Assembly: GCA_043824495.1 (NCBI GenBank)
Contig: JBDRSV010000005.1
Coordinates: 7,955 to 71,954, forward strand
DNA: 64,000 nucleotides
Direction: 5' to 3'
DNA from: Candidatus Aenigmatarchaeota archaeon
GTDB taxonomy: Archaea; Aenigmatarchaeota; Aenigmatarchaeia; QMZP01
In this document: positions 8,213-17,243 of the stretch, piece by piece
Layout: every line of letters starts with the position of its first letter
Numbering within the stretch: the first letter of the stretch is position 1
Notes under the pieces: generated by a model
Databases searched by the model: none
The model's input: the letters and a program-made list of their open reading frames with translations, nothing else
What the model was told of the DNA's origin: nothing
Translations under genes and position numbers: made by a program

Positions 8213-9862
8213 ATGAAGGATCTGATAATGAAATATGTATTGCAGAATGCAATTTTTTATGAAGGTAAAGCTAATCCAAATGCTATTCTGGGTAAAATTC
8301 TAGGATCAGAACCTGCTCTACGAAAGAATCCAGATAAAGTGAGAAAAGAAATCGAAGAAGTTGCTAAAAAAGTAAATAGTATGGATTTAGCTAAACAAAA
8401 AGAAGAATTGAAAAAAATCGATCCCGAAATGCTTGTTAAAGAGGAGAAAGAGCAAGAAGAGCTGCCACCTCTGAAAGGAGCTGTGGAAGGTAAAGTTGTA
8501 ACAAGATTTGCTCCTTCACCTACTGGTCCTTTGATGATTTATCATTTACTAAGAGCAGTTTATTTGAATTATTTGTATGCACAGAAGTATAACGGAAAAT
8601 TTATTGTTAGAATTGAAGATACAGACCCTGGTAATATCAAAAGAGAATTCTATGAGTGGATAAAAGAAGATTTGAAAAACTCTGGTGTTAAATGGGACGA
8701 ATTGTTTCACCAATCCGATCACATGGATTTGTACTACAAAAATGCAGAGAAATTGATACAAAAGAATGATGTATATGCTTGCTTCTGTAATCCTGACCAA
8801 TTCAAGAAACTCAAGAATAAAAAAATGAATTGTCCTTGTAGAGATGAAGGTAAAACAAAATTCCATTGGGATAAAGCTGTTAGAGGTGATTATGCAGAAG
8901 GAGAAATGATTTTTAGATTGAAAACTTCTATGCAAGATCCTAACCCAGCTATAAGAGATCCTGCATTATTCAGAATAAATAAAAAACATCATCCCTTTAA
9001 AACAATAAAATACAAACTATGGCCTCTGTACAATTTTGCTAATACAATTGATGATCACGAGATGGGTGTTACTCATGTATTCAGAGGAAAAGAACATGAA
9101 CATAACACGACAATACAGAAGATGATTTATGAGAAACTAGGCTGGAAAATGCCTTTTGTGATTAATTTTGGTATGATATATCTTCCAGGAGTCAAGTTGC
9201 ATACTAGAGATATCAAGCAAATGATTGCAGAAGAAAAGTTCACCGGATGGGATGATGTGAGATTACCAACAATCAGATCCATTATTAGACGAGGATTTCA
9301 ACCAGAAGCTATTAGAGAGCTAGCGATTTCAAGCGGTTTAACAAAAACAGATATAAACGTGAGCTGGGAGAAGTTCGAAACTCTTAATAGAAAAATAATA
9401 GATAAAAAAGCTAACAGATACATGGTTGTAAAATCTCCGGTTAGATTAGTAATCAAAGATGCTCCTTCTATGAATCAGGTGAGAGAAAAGATACACCCAG
9501 AATCTGAGAAGACTAGGATCATTCCAGTTAATCTGAAAGAGATATACATAGAGAAAGAAGATTACATAAGACTAAAGGATAGAGATTTCAGATTGAAAGG
9601 TTTGGGTAATATCAGAGTCACAGGTAAAACTGGACGGTATTTAGGTAACGAGATCTACAAAGACATGCATAAGATACAGTGGGTATCTAAACCTCATGCA
9701 GAGGTTATTATTCTAAAGGGTGACGATGTCATTCATGGTATTGGTGAACCTGGGTTAAAGAAACTACACCCAGGTCAAATAATCCAGATGGAGAGAATTG
9801 GTTTTGGTAAGGTAGATGCAAGAACAGATAATGAGATTGTCATCATCTTTGCTCATAGGTAA
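8213..9862 (+). CDS. gltX: archaeal-type glutamyl-tRNA synthetase
   Basis: RFAPSPTGPL...FIVRIEDTDP, THVFRGKEH, GWDDVRLPT and ERIGFG blocks are colinear with archaeal GluRS as I recall it. The archaeal N-terminal extension is present. Confidence 0.85.
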   Translation: MKDLIMKYVLQNAIFYEGKANPNAILGKILGSEPALRKNPDKVRKEIEEVAKKVNSMDLAKQKEELKKIDPEMLVKEEKEQEELPPLKGAVEGKVVTRFAPSPTGPLMIYHLLRAVYLNYLYAQKYNGKFIVRIEDTDPGNIKREFYEWIKEDLKNSGVKWDELFHQSDHMDLYYKNAEKLIQKNDVYACFCNPDQFKKLKNKKMNCPCRDEGKTKFHWDKAVRGDYAEGEMIFRLKTSMQDPNPAIRDPALFRINKKHHPFKTIKYKLWPLYNFANTIDDHEMGVTHVFRGKEHEHNTTIQKMIYEKLGWKMPFVINFGMIYLPGVKLHTRDIKQMIAEEKFTGWDDVRLPTIRSIIRRGFQPEAIRELAISSGLTKTDINVSWEKFETLNRKIIDKKANRYMVVKSPVRLVIKDAPSMNQVREKIHPESEKTRIIPVNLKEIYIEKEDYIRLKDRDFRLKGLGNIRVTGKTGRYLGNEIYKDMHKIQWVSKPHAEVIILKGDDVIHGIGEPGLKKLHPGQIIQMERIGFGKVDARTDNEIVIIFAHR

Positions 9863-10981
9863 TTAAAGAACAAAAACACCGCTTTCTACTATTTCTTCTG
9901 CATAAGCTTCAGCAGCTCTAATTGATTCAGATAATGAAGCACCACCTTCAAGTCCTCTTTCAACCATTCTTCTAACTATATGAGGCAGGTTTCCATGAGC
10001 TTCATATGTTCGAGGTAAATGAGTTCGCCACTGGAAAAGCTCAAGGCCTATCTGATTAGCCTCATCTAATCTAGTATCAAGATTAAGCATGGTATTCAAG
10101 TTAATATCTCCTGGTCTATGATTATAATAACCATCTTTGATTCCTTCTAATACCCATTCTCTTGTATATCTCTTACCTACCCCGAACTCTCGACCACTCC
10201 ATGGATGACGTTTATTCAAATTCCATCCATTACCACTTATGTCCCTCATGGTTAATATTTCTTCCATTACAGCTTTAACTTCTACATGTGTACCATCTGA
10301 ATCAAATGATGCACAATCCAAATCCACCGGGACTACTCTTATTCTATCATCATCTTGATATACCACAAAATTTCCAGGGTGTGCATTTTCTAATCCCCAT
10401 TCAACACCAGAATCTTTCATTAATCTCATTGTGTATCCTGCATCACGTCCAAGACTAACTAGAACATCTCTATACTCTGTAAACGGTGAAAGACCAACAA
10501 AAGAAACAAACATTTCTCTAAAATCTAAGTATTTGAGAAGTTCATCTAATCTTGTATCACCCTCTATTTCAAAAATTGTTGCTCTTGTTCCCTTAGATCC
10601 ATTATAATCATAATAACCAAGTGGATTCATAACATACGTTATTCCAGCTTCTGTTTTTAACCTCTCAGCTAGTCGTTCTGCATGTTCGATCTCATTGTCA
10701 GCATTTGGTGTAAGCTGTCTTCCATATGGTTCGTCATCATTCCAATTACTAGGAGTTTCCGCAAAAACACAACCTTTAATTCTGTATAAATTATCTAAAA
10801 CTTCGGCTAATCCAGAGCGTTTGCCACTTTCTAACCCCACTAAATTATATTCATCTCTATCTGAAATTATTGCTACTGGTCTAGAGAGTGATTCTGGAAG
10901 GCTCTTACCGGGTAATAAAGTTACAGAACCATCTACGTAACTTAAGCCCCTTTGTCCTCTGGGGGAAAACAATCTACTCAT
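9863..10981 (-). CDS. hypothetical protein with protein-kinase-like motifs
   Basis: 372-aa ORF. ENAHPGNFVVY ... VVPVDLDCA resembles the HxxN catalytic loop and DxD of APH/kinase-fold proteins. Confidence 0.5.
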   Translation of the reverse strand: MSRLFSPRGQRGLSYVDGSVTLLPGKSLPESLSRPVAIISDRDEYNLVGLESGKRSGLAEVLDNLYRIKGCVFAETPSNWNDDEPYGRQLTPNADNEIEHAERLAERLKTEAGITYVMNPLGYYDYNGSKGTRATIFEIEGDTRLDELLKYLDFREMFVSFVGLSPFTEYRDVLVSLGRDAGYTMRLMKDSGVEWGLENAHPGNFVVYQDDDRIRVVPVDLDCASFDSDGTHVEVKAVMEEILTMRDISGNGWNLNKRHPWSGREFGVGKRYTREWVLEGIKDGYYNHRPGDINLNTMLNLDTRLDEANQIGLELFQWRTHLPRTYEAHGNLPHIVRRMVERGLEGGASLSESIRAAEAYAEEIVESGVFVL

Positions 10982-11070
10982 AAAACATAATGTTATCGTT
11001 AAATTTATAAATTGACATCACGATTTCAGAGAAGAGCGCTTTTGCTCATAGGTAATTCTTTGTAAATCAA

Positions 11071-13155
11071 TCACGAAGTAACTAAGAATTGAGACATTGC
11101 GTCTTCTATTAAGCCACCGAACATTGTGCTCACACCAAACATGACTAGGAAGTATAACACCAAACCAACTATTATCATTTTTCCTATATTGTTCCATTGA
11201 GCAACTGGGTTGTCTCCTTTTGATATCTTTGTTAAGAACATTCCGAGTATCATGATAACTTGGATCAAGTATATACCAATTATGAGTTGGAATAATGCTG
11301 GTGATGTGGAAGGTGCTCCAACAATCAGTAGAGAAATATCAATACCTAGAGAATCCTCGAATCCAGCATTTTGCATCAGCTGGCCCATTGTTACTAGTAC
11401 TTGTATTATGATATCAGCCATTGCAACTATCATACCAGTGATTATGGGTGTCAAGAAATATGCCTGAAACTTCATTGATGATGTTGTTTCAGTGAGTAGC
11501 TCTCTTATGTATTCTTGTGTTTCTCTTATGTTTTTCAAATACCTAGATATTCTAAGCATACTGTCTGCTGCATAAGTAACGCCTTTCTTAGATGTGTCTA
11601 TTACAGCATACATGATATTGTTGATTATTTTTGATGGGTAGTATTGAAGAGCTCCCCATTTTTTATGGAATAGTGAGTCTTCGAATGTCATACCAAGAGT
11701 CTTAATATTAGCTAATGATCTTTTGAATAAACCAGCTATCTTCAAATCTTTTACATCATCTATAGCTCTCTCAATAGCCACTTCTGTAGGAGTTCCTCCT
11801 GAAATCTTATTTCCTAATTTGAACAACGCTAATTCGAATTCGCTTTCTATACTCTCTATTTCTTCTTGTATTCTCTGTTTCTGGTAATTTGACAACAACA
11901 AGAAAGCTGATATAGCAAAACCTAACCCCATTATGAAAAATGATGACATTAACATTGTAAATTGTGGATTTGTATCTAGAACAGGAATTGTTCCTGCTCC
12001 TGTTGGGGGGAATAATAATTCAGGTGTGGTCCCAAAATATATTATTGGAAGTATCCAGAAACCGATTATTATCAACAATGAAATTGGCCATGCTGGTATA
12101 GATCTACCTTTGATAGAGAAGCTGTGGTTCTTAGGTACATCTGGATGTTTGGATATATCTATCTGCGATAGAGTTACAGGTCTCTTGTTTAATGTATTCA
12201 GAATAAACCACGTGATGATAATAGGTAATGCTATGTCATATCCTATTATGAAATGTATTGGTGATACTAAATCTGACAAGAACACTGCGGCCATTGGAGC
12301 CATTATTGTTCCCATTATAGGTAACACAATACCCATCATGTGGATAACCATGACAGGCATTAATAAATCCTGTGCATAGTGCTTCATTCTTGTCTTTGTT
12401 CCGGTTAAAATAACTTCTAGAGCTTGATCAAGTTCTTTTTTTGCTCTGTCTGGTGTCTGAGATTGAGAGTCTCTTATCAGTCTCAAAGCCTCTGCAAATT
12501 CCTCATTCTCAAATTTCCATCTTATTATATAGTCATCAAGAGCGTCGTTGGCTGAATAATATTTTCTCATCTCTATATCCCAGATAAGCTTTCTCAAATC
12601 CCATGCCAATGCTCCAGATACATTTGAAGCTGCGAATCTTAGAGCACGCTCCATATTAGGAGAAACTCTCATGGACACAACCATGTATAGTATAGCAAGA
12701 ACTACTTGAGAGCTTGCTTGAATACGTAGAGTTTTTACTCTACTCGATGGGTATTTGTAGAAATAATATGCAACAAGGAAACCCATTGCTGCTATAACAA
12801 GACCTATCATTACAGAAACAATTCCTGTGATTATGAATGTTACACCTAGGAGAATGAAGAATATTATTGTTGTGGCCATCAGACCCATTATTTCCGCTGG
12901 TGTTATGTCCATCTCTGTAAAGAGGATAGCAGATTCTAGTTTTTCTTTAGATCCTCTATCTGGATCTATTTTAGCCATACTACCTACAGCTTTCACAAGA
13001 ACTTCATACCAGCCAGGTTTCTCTTCGTCCCCTTTCTTGTATAATCTATACTCTCTTGTTGTGACTACTGGTTCTTCTTGATAATAAGATCTTTCGGCTG
13101 GACGATAAGAAGGTGGCCTTTGTATCTTCCTCTTTTTCTTCCCAAACAAACCCAT
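11071..13155 (-). CDS. polytopic membrane protein, probable T2SS-F/FlaJ/TadC-family pilus assembly platform
   Basis: 694 aa with two repeats of a soluble helical segment followed by TM helices, as in GspF/FlaJ-family proteins. Confidence 0.5.
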   Translation of the reverse strand: MGLFGKKKRKIQRPPSYRPAERSYYQEEPVVTTREYRLYKKGDEEKPGWYEVLVKAVGSMAKIDPDRGSKEKLESAILFTEMDITPAEIMGLMATTIIFFILLGVTFIITGIVSVMIGLVIAAMGFLVAYYFYKYPSSRVKTLRIQASSQVVLAILYMVVSMRVSPNMERALRFAASNVSGALAWDLRKLIWDIEMRKYYSANDALDDYIIRWKFENEEFAEALRLIRDSQSQTPDRAKKELDQALEVILTGTKTRMKHYAQDLLMPVMVIHMMGIVLPIMGTIMAPMAAVFLSDLVSPIHFIIGYDIALPIIITWFILNTLNKRPVTLSQIDISKHPDVPKNHSFSIKGRSIPAWPISLLIIIGFWILPIIYFGTTPELLFPPTGAGTIPVLDTNPQFTMLMSSFFIMGLGFAISAFLLLSNYQKQRIQEEIESIESEFELALFKLGNKISGGTPTEVAIERAIDDVKDLKIAGLFKRSLANIKTLGMTFEDSLFHKKWGALQYYPSKIINNIMYAVIDTSKKGVTYAADSMLRISRYLKNIRETQEYIRELLTETTSSMKFQAYFLTPIITGMIVAMADIIIQVLVTMGQLMQNAGFEDSLGIDISLLIVGAPSTSPALFQLIIGIYLIQVIMILGMFLTKISKGDNPVAQWNNIGKMIIVGLVLYFLVMFGVSTMFGGLIEDAMSQFLVTS

Positions 13156-13262
13156 GATTAATAATTGGCTTGGCTCCTAATAAAAATCGGAGTTTTCTGG
13201 TGTTTTTGGGCATATCTTTAAAAATCTGTCAAGGAAAAGCTGATCAACAGCATAAAGGTGAC

Positions 13263-13370
13263 TATCATATTCCACTCTCAAAAAATCTACAATTTGTATC
13301 AGATAAACAAAGCGTTTAATCTGAAAATGTCTTCATGGACCCATAAATCAACGCACACAAAACACGAAAT
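13263..13370 (+). repeat. Cassette 5'-leader module, degenerate copy 2
   Basis: TATCATATTCCACTCTCA resembles TATCATGCTCCACACTTTCA. It is followed by the hairpin CAGATAAAC-aaagc-GTTTAATCTG and a CAACGCACACAAAAC block resembling CAACACCACACAGAAC of copy 1. Confidence 0.45.
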
Positions 13371-13522
13371 AACACAAAGTGCATTGTTAGCTTAAGCTAT
13401 GGAGAATGAGAAGCCTGAGAGTGATTTTTTCTGTCTTCTGTAAAGAAATTACCAGACTTTTGTCTTAGACGAGAGTCTTTCGCCAATAGAAAAAAATGAT
13501 TCATTGATATGGGGGGTGAACA

Positions 13523-14353
13523 ATGATATCGTGTAAATCAAAACAGGTGGATTCAACACGGCTTGACGCTAGGCCGAAAAAGCGACGAATGCCAGTTCAG
13601 GTCTCGCGTGCCTGGGATGCGTATTTCAGCTCCGGCGACCCTGGTGTTCGTCAGAACCTTCTCAATCATTACCTGCCGCTCGTATGCAATGTGGCGGGTA
13701 GGATGGCTCTAGGCTTTCCCAAAGCTGTTGAGCTGAATGATTTGATTTCCACAGGCACGATCGGCTTGTGCCAGTCCTTAAAGAACTTCGATCCTAAACG
13801 AGGCGTCAAGTTCGAAACCTTTGCGGTTCCCCGAATCCGTGGTGCAATTCTCGACGAGATGCGCAGCTTGGATTGGGTGCCGCGTTCCACACGCTCGAAA
13901 GCACGTAAGATTGATCGAGTCACAACTCAGATCGAACAACAACAGGGACGTGTGTCAATGCATAATGAACTCGCTGTCCTTCTGAAGATCCCGCTGGACG
14001 ATCTGCTAGTGGTGCTGACAGATATTTCGGCATCAAGGCTTATGTCCTTGGATGAATTGGTATATCGAGAGGAGGACAATAGGCAGGTTCCGAGAGTCGA
14101 GACACTCGAACTTCCTGTGAGAAGAGATGCCTTGAGAGAGGTCGAACGCAGAGAGCTAAAGGTATTCCTCATTAACGCCATTTCTACTCTCAACGAGCAA
14201 GAGACACATGTCATTGGCTTATACTACTACGATGAGCTTACCATTCGTGAGATTGGCGAACTCATGAATCTCTCGGAATCCCGAATCTCGCAGGTTCACA
14301 CTAGGTCTGTGGAAAAGTTGCGAAGAATGGTGCGCGATAGATTCGGATACTGA
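13523..14353 (+). CDS. fliA: bacterial FliA/WhiG-type (sigma-28) RNA polymerase sigma factor
   Basis: Region 2 reads LNHYLPLVCNVAGRM...DLISTGTIGLCQSLKNFDPKRGVKFETFAVPRIRGAILDEMR. Region 4 reads LNEQETHVIGLYYYDELTIREIGELMNLSESRISQVHTRSVEKLR. GGGGGGTGA SD is present. Confidence 0.85.
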   Translation: MISCKSKQVDSTRLDARPKKRRMPVQVSRAWDAYFSSGDPGVRQNLLNHYLPLVCNVAGRMALGFPKAVELNDLISTGTIGLCQSLKNFDPKRGVKFETFAVPRIRGAILDEMRSLDWVPRSTRSKARKIDRVTTQIEQQQGRVSMHNELAVLLKIPLDDLLVVLTDISASRLMSLDELVYREEDNRQVPRVETLELPVRRDALREVERRELKVFLINAISTLNEQETHVIGLYYYDELTIREIGELMNLSESRISQVHTRSVEKLRRMVRDRFGY

Positions 14354-14443
14354 ACAACCAACTGTAAATAACGACGCTCATGCCGGGTTTTGTCCGGGCG
14401 GAGAAAGAAAATACAAATGAGAACGAATGGATAAGGAGGGCAA

Positions 14444-14620
14444 ATGCTCCTATGTCAGGAGTGTCACCAAAAACGGGGATGTTATTGGGGTATTCACCCA
14501 CACACTACCAATGGGTCTTGTGGTTGTTGTGGTACGCAAACAGCTTGCGTCGAATGTAATACCCTAGAAACATCTTCACGTCCGATCTCTATGGAAGCCA
14601 CCGAGAATTTCATCGGCTAA
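14444..14620 (+). CDS. 58-aa cysteine-rich protein (not in ORF track, below its length cutoff)
   Basis: AAGGAGGG lies 4 nt before the ATG. Translation MLLCQECHQKRGCYWGIHPHTTNGSCGCCGTQTACVECNTLETSS... contains 9 Cys. Its position right after a sigma gene suggests a zinc-binding partner or anti-sigma factor, which is inference only. Confidence 0.45.
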   Translation: MLLCQECHQKRGCYWGIHPHTTNGSCGCCGTQTACVECNTLETSSRPISMEATENFIG

Positions 14621-14643
14621 GAAATACCAAGCTCGAGAATCAT

Positions 14644-14670
14644 GTGTGTCCCATAACACACTTGGTTCTT
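14644..14670 (+). terminator. hairpin GTGTGT-cccata-ACACAC followed by a T-rich tract
   Basis: A 6-bp perfect stem lies immediately after the last cassette-2 ORF and runs into TTGGTTCTTTATATT. Confidence 0.4.
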
Positions 14671-14694
14671 TATATTGTCTAATTAGAGGGATAT
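14669..14694 (-). repeat. Cassette 3'-flank motif, copy B (reverse complement: ATATCCCTCTAATTAGACAATATAAA)
   Basis: 23/26 identical to copy A. It ends 2 nt before the ATG of backbone ORF 14697. Confidence 0.85.
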
Positions 14695-14696
14695 GA

Positions 14697-15449
14697 ATGA
14701 AAGAAATAAAAAACTTACTATCTAAGTATAAAAGATCTGATATGGCAACTGAAGGATATAAAAGAGTGGTTTTGGGTGCAGGAACTATTGAACCTCATCA
14801 TCTTCTTGTTGTTTATTCTCTTTTCGAACCCGGCAGTGAAGTACAAGCAGTTGATCATAAAGGACGACTTTTAGTAAAGAGAGGCAAAAGATCTCATTAT
14901 AAACTACTTACAACCGATTCTGGTCTCCTGGTTGCGACAAGTGAAGATATACCACTACCAAATGAAGAGCCTTTAGCTTCGAGTTATACAGATGCACATG
15001 TAGGAAGTACAACACCTGATGCTATTGATAGGATCATGAGTGATTGGTTAAAATATTTAGCAGAAACATTTGGAAATCAATATCAAACAGCTCTTATAGC
15101 TGATAATCTTAGTATGTTTTCTTTAGGACGTTCTGTATACAAACCTGATGGAGATAATTCTATCGTTGTTAATACTTCTCAATATAGCAATAAGAAACCA
15201 GTCAGTACATTGAGATTGCATTCAGTTGATGGTATTCAAGATGATATATTTGATACAGGCGGATGCAAAAATCCTCTTGATGTTATGAATAAACTATTTG
15301 AAGAGGAGCAATCCACCTTCGCTGCTGTTGCTGCTTTTGATGGATCTGTGGAACCTGGAGCAGAAATGAATAGAGGAGAACCGCGACATAGAATAATACC
15401 TCCTGGTAGCGGAGAATGGCAGTTACATATAAGAAATAGACACAAGTAA
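14697..15449 (+). CDS. hypothetical protein
   Basis: 250-aa AT-rich ORF with no recognisable motif. Confidence 0.6.
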   Translation: MKEIKNLLSKYKRSDMATEGYKRVVLGAGTIEPHHLLVVYSLFEPGSEVQAVDHKGRLLVKRGKRSHYKLLTTDSGLLVATSEDIPLPNEEPLASSYTDAHVGSTTPDAIDRIMSDWLKYLAETFGNQYQTALIADNLSMFSLGRSVYKPDGDNSIVVNTSQYSNKKPVSTLRLHSVDGIQDDIFDTGGCKNPLDVMNKLFEEEQSTFAAVAAFDGSVEPGAEMNRGEPRHRIIPPGSGEWQLHIRNRHK

Positions 15450-15485
15450 TTAGATAAATATAAGGATATTTTTTCAATCTTAATT

Positions 15486-16070
15486 ATGACATTACCAATG
15501 ACACGAGAACAAGCAGTTGAATTCTTGAAGAGTATGGACCAAGAAGAATCAGATATGAATCATTACTTAGAAACAGAGGCTATAATGCGTGGTCTTGCAA
15601 GAAAATTTGAAGAAGATGTTGAGTATTGGGGAATTCTAGGCTTACTGCACGATGTTGATTGGGCATTAACAAAAAACAATGTGAAAGATCATTGTATTAA
15701 ATCTGCAGAGCTCTTGAAAGAAAAAGGATTTGATGAGAAATTTATCCAAGCAATGCAATCTCATGCATATGGTCATGATGAAATACCAGCGTTGTTGGAT
15801 AAAAAAAGAACAGAGAAAATAGAACATGCTCTAACTGCAGCTGAAACATTAACAGGAATCATTTATGCTTACGCTTTGATGCGAGGTAAAAGGATTAGTG
15901 ACATGGAAGTCAAAGGACTGAAAAAGAAGTTCAAAGATAGGAGCTTTGCTGCAAATTGTGATAGAAACCTAATCAGAGAAATAGAAATAACTGGATTATC
16001 TCTAGATGATTTTTTTGAACTGGCAATCAATTCTTTGAAGGAAATAAAAGAAGTAATTAGTTTGCAATAA
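15486..16070 (+). CDS. HD-domain metal-dependent phosphohydrolase
   Basis: The H...HD pattern is present (NHYLETEA, GLLHDVDW). Confidence 0.7.
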   Translation: MTLPMTREQAVEFLKSMDQEESDMNHYLETEAIMRGLARKFEEDVEYWGILGLLHDVDWALTKNNVKDHCIKSAELLKEKGFDEKFIQAMQSHAYGHDEIPALLDKKRTEKIEHALTAAETLTGIIYAYALMRGKRISDMEVKGLKKKFKDRSFAANCDRNLIREIEITGLSLDDFFELAINSLKEIKEVISLQ

Positions 16071-16109
16071 AGAAAAAGAAGGAAAAGAGGTTTATACTTT
16101 AGGTGGTAG

Positions 16110-17129
16110 CTAAAGAAGAATAACTCCCCTTTCCTGTAAATCCTTTTCTACTTCTTCTGGCCATGTGCTTACTTGAACTTCTCCTATATGGGTCTTGTGT
16201 AGTAGAAGCATACATAATCTAGATTGTCCGATACCACCACCAATAGTGAGAGGTAATTCGTCCATGAGAATTGCTTTGTGAAATTTTAATCCTTTTCTTT
16301 CAGATAATCCCATGAAATCTAGTTGCTTCATAAGAGAAGATTGATCAACTCTTATACCCATTGAAGATAGCTCCAAAGCTTTCTTTCTCATTTCGTCCCA
16401 GACAATGATGTCACCATTGAGACCCCTTTTTCCAGAAATGGTTTCTGTAGACCAGTCGTCATAATCTGCAGCCCGAAGGTCATGGGGTTTTCCTGATTTC
16501 AAAGGATATCCTATCCCTATCAAAAACACTGCTCCATATTTTTCTGCTATTTTATCTTCTCTCTTTTTAGGAGACAGTTGAGGATAGAGTTCTTCTAGTT
16601 CTTCTGTGTGTACAAATGTTATCTTTTTAGGTAACTTTGTTTTCAATTCAGGGAATTCCTTTTCTACTTCTGTTTTTGTTTCTAGTATAGATTCGTATAT
16701 ACTTCTTACAGTTTCTTTTAGGAATTCTAGATCTCTTTCTTCCTTTGTGATCACTCTTTCCCAATCCCATTGATCTACGAACACGCTGTGTGTATCATCT
16801 ATGTCCTCATCTTTTCTGATTGCATCCATATGTGTATACAAACCAGTTCCATGTTTGAATCCATGTCTACCTAGAGTATGTCTCTTCCATTTAGCTAGGC
16901 TGTGTACAATTTCTAGACGTGCATCTGCGAATTTGGTTTCAAATCCAACTGGAATTTGAGTTCCTGCGAGGTCGTCTTGTAGACCAGTTCCTGTTTTCAG
17001 GAATTTCGGTGCAGACACTTTTCTTAGTCTAAGCTTCTCTGCAAGTTTTTTTTCAAATGTGTCCTTTACTAATTGTATTCCTTTTTCTGTTTCGAAAAAG
17101 TCAATTTTTGACTTATATTTTTCTTTCAT
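16110..17129 (-). CDS. asnA: aspartate--ammonia ligase (asparagine synthetase A)
   Basis: Long blocks match E. coli AsnA as I recall it: VHSLAKWKR, GLYTHMDAIRKDED, HSVFVDQWDWERV, DYDDWST, GLNGDIIVW, ELSSMGIRVD, TIGGGIGQSRLCMLLL. Confidence 0.9.
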   Translation of the reverse strand: MKEKYKSKIDFFETEKGIQLVKDTFEKKLAEKLRLRKVSAPKFLKTGTGLQDDLAGTQIPVGFETKFADARLEIVHSLAKWKRHTLGRHGFKHGTGLYTHMDAIRKDEDIDDTHSVFVDQWDWERVITKEERDLEFLKETVRSIYESILETKTEVEKEFPELKTKLPKKITFVHTEELEELYPQLSPKKREDKIAEKYGAVFLIGIGYPLKSGKPHDLRAADYDDWSTETISGKRGLNGDIIVWDEMRKKALELSSMGIRVDQSSLMKQLDFMGLSERKGLKFHKAILMDELPLTIGGGIGQSRLCMLLLHKTHIGEVQVSTWPEEVEKDLQERGVILL

Positions 17130-17243
17130 ATGATCACCTTATTTTTCAATAAATCTAATACCTTAAATTAATATCCCAAAAAATGTGGTAAAAATGACAA
17201 AAAACAGTGGTATTTATATATTAAATGGAACATATGTTTCATT

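Larger units (their letters stand above)
13263..14694 (+). other. GC-rich cassette 2: sigma-28 gene plus Cys-rich small ORF
   Basis: The composition shifts, both genes are on the plus strand with strong SD boxes, a degenerate 5' module sits at the left end and the 3' motif at the right end. Confidence 0.6.

Noticed and set aside
11210-13081. Plus-strand ORFs within 11071..13155 (11210.., 11933.., 12827..)
   Set aside because: They are antisense to a long membrane-protein ORF, and their hydrophobic low-complexity sequence mirrors the sense strand.
13213-13243. CATATCTTTAAAAATCTGTCAAGGAAAAG as an inverted second copy of the 3' motif at the left end of cassette 2
   Set aside because: Identity is only about 60% in AT-rich sequence. 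The better-supported left-end element is the degenerate 5' module starting at 13263.
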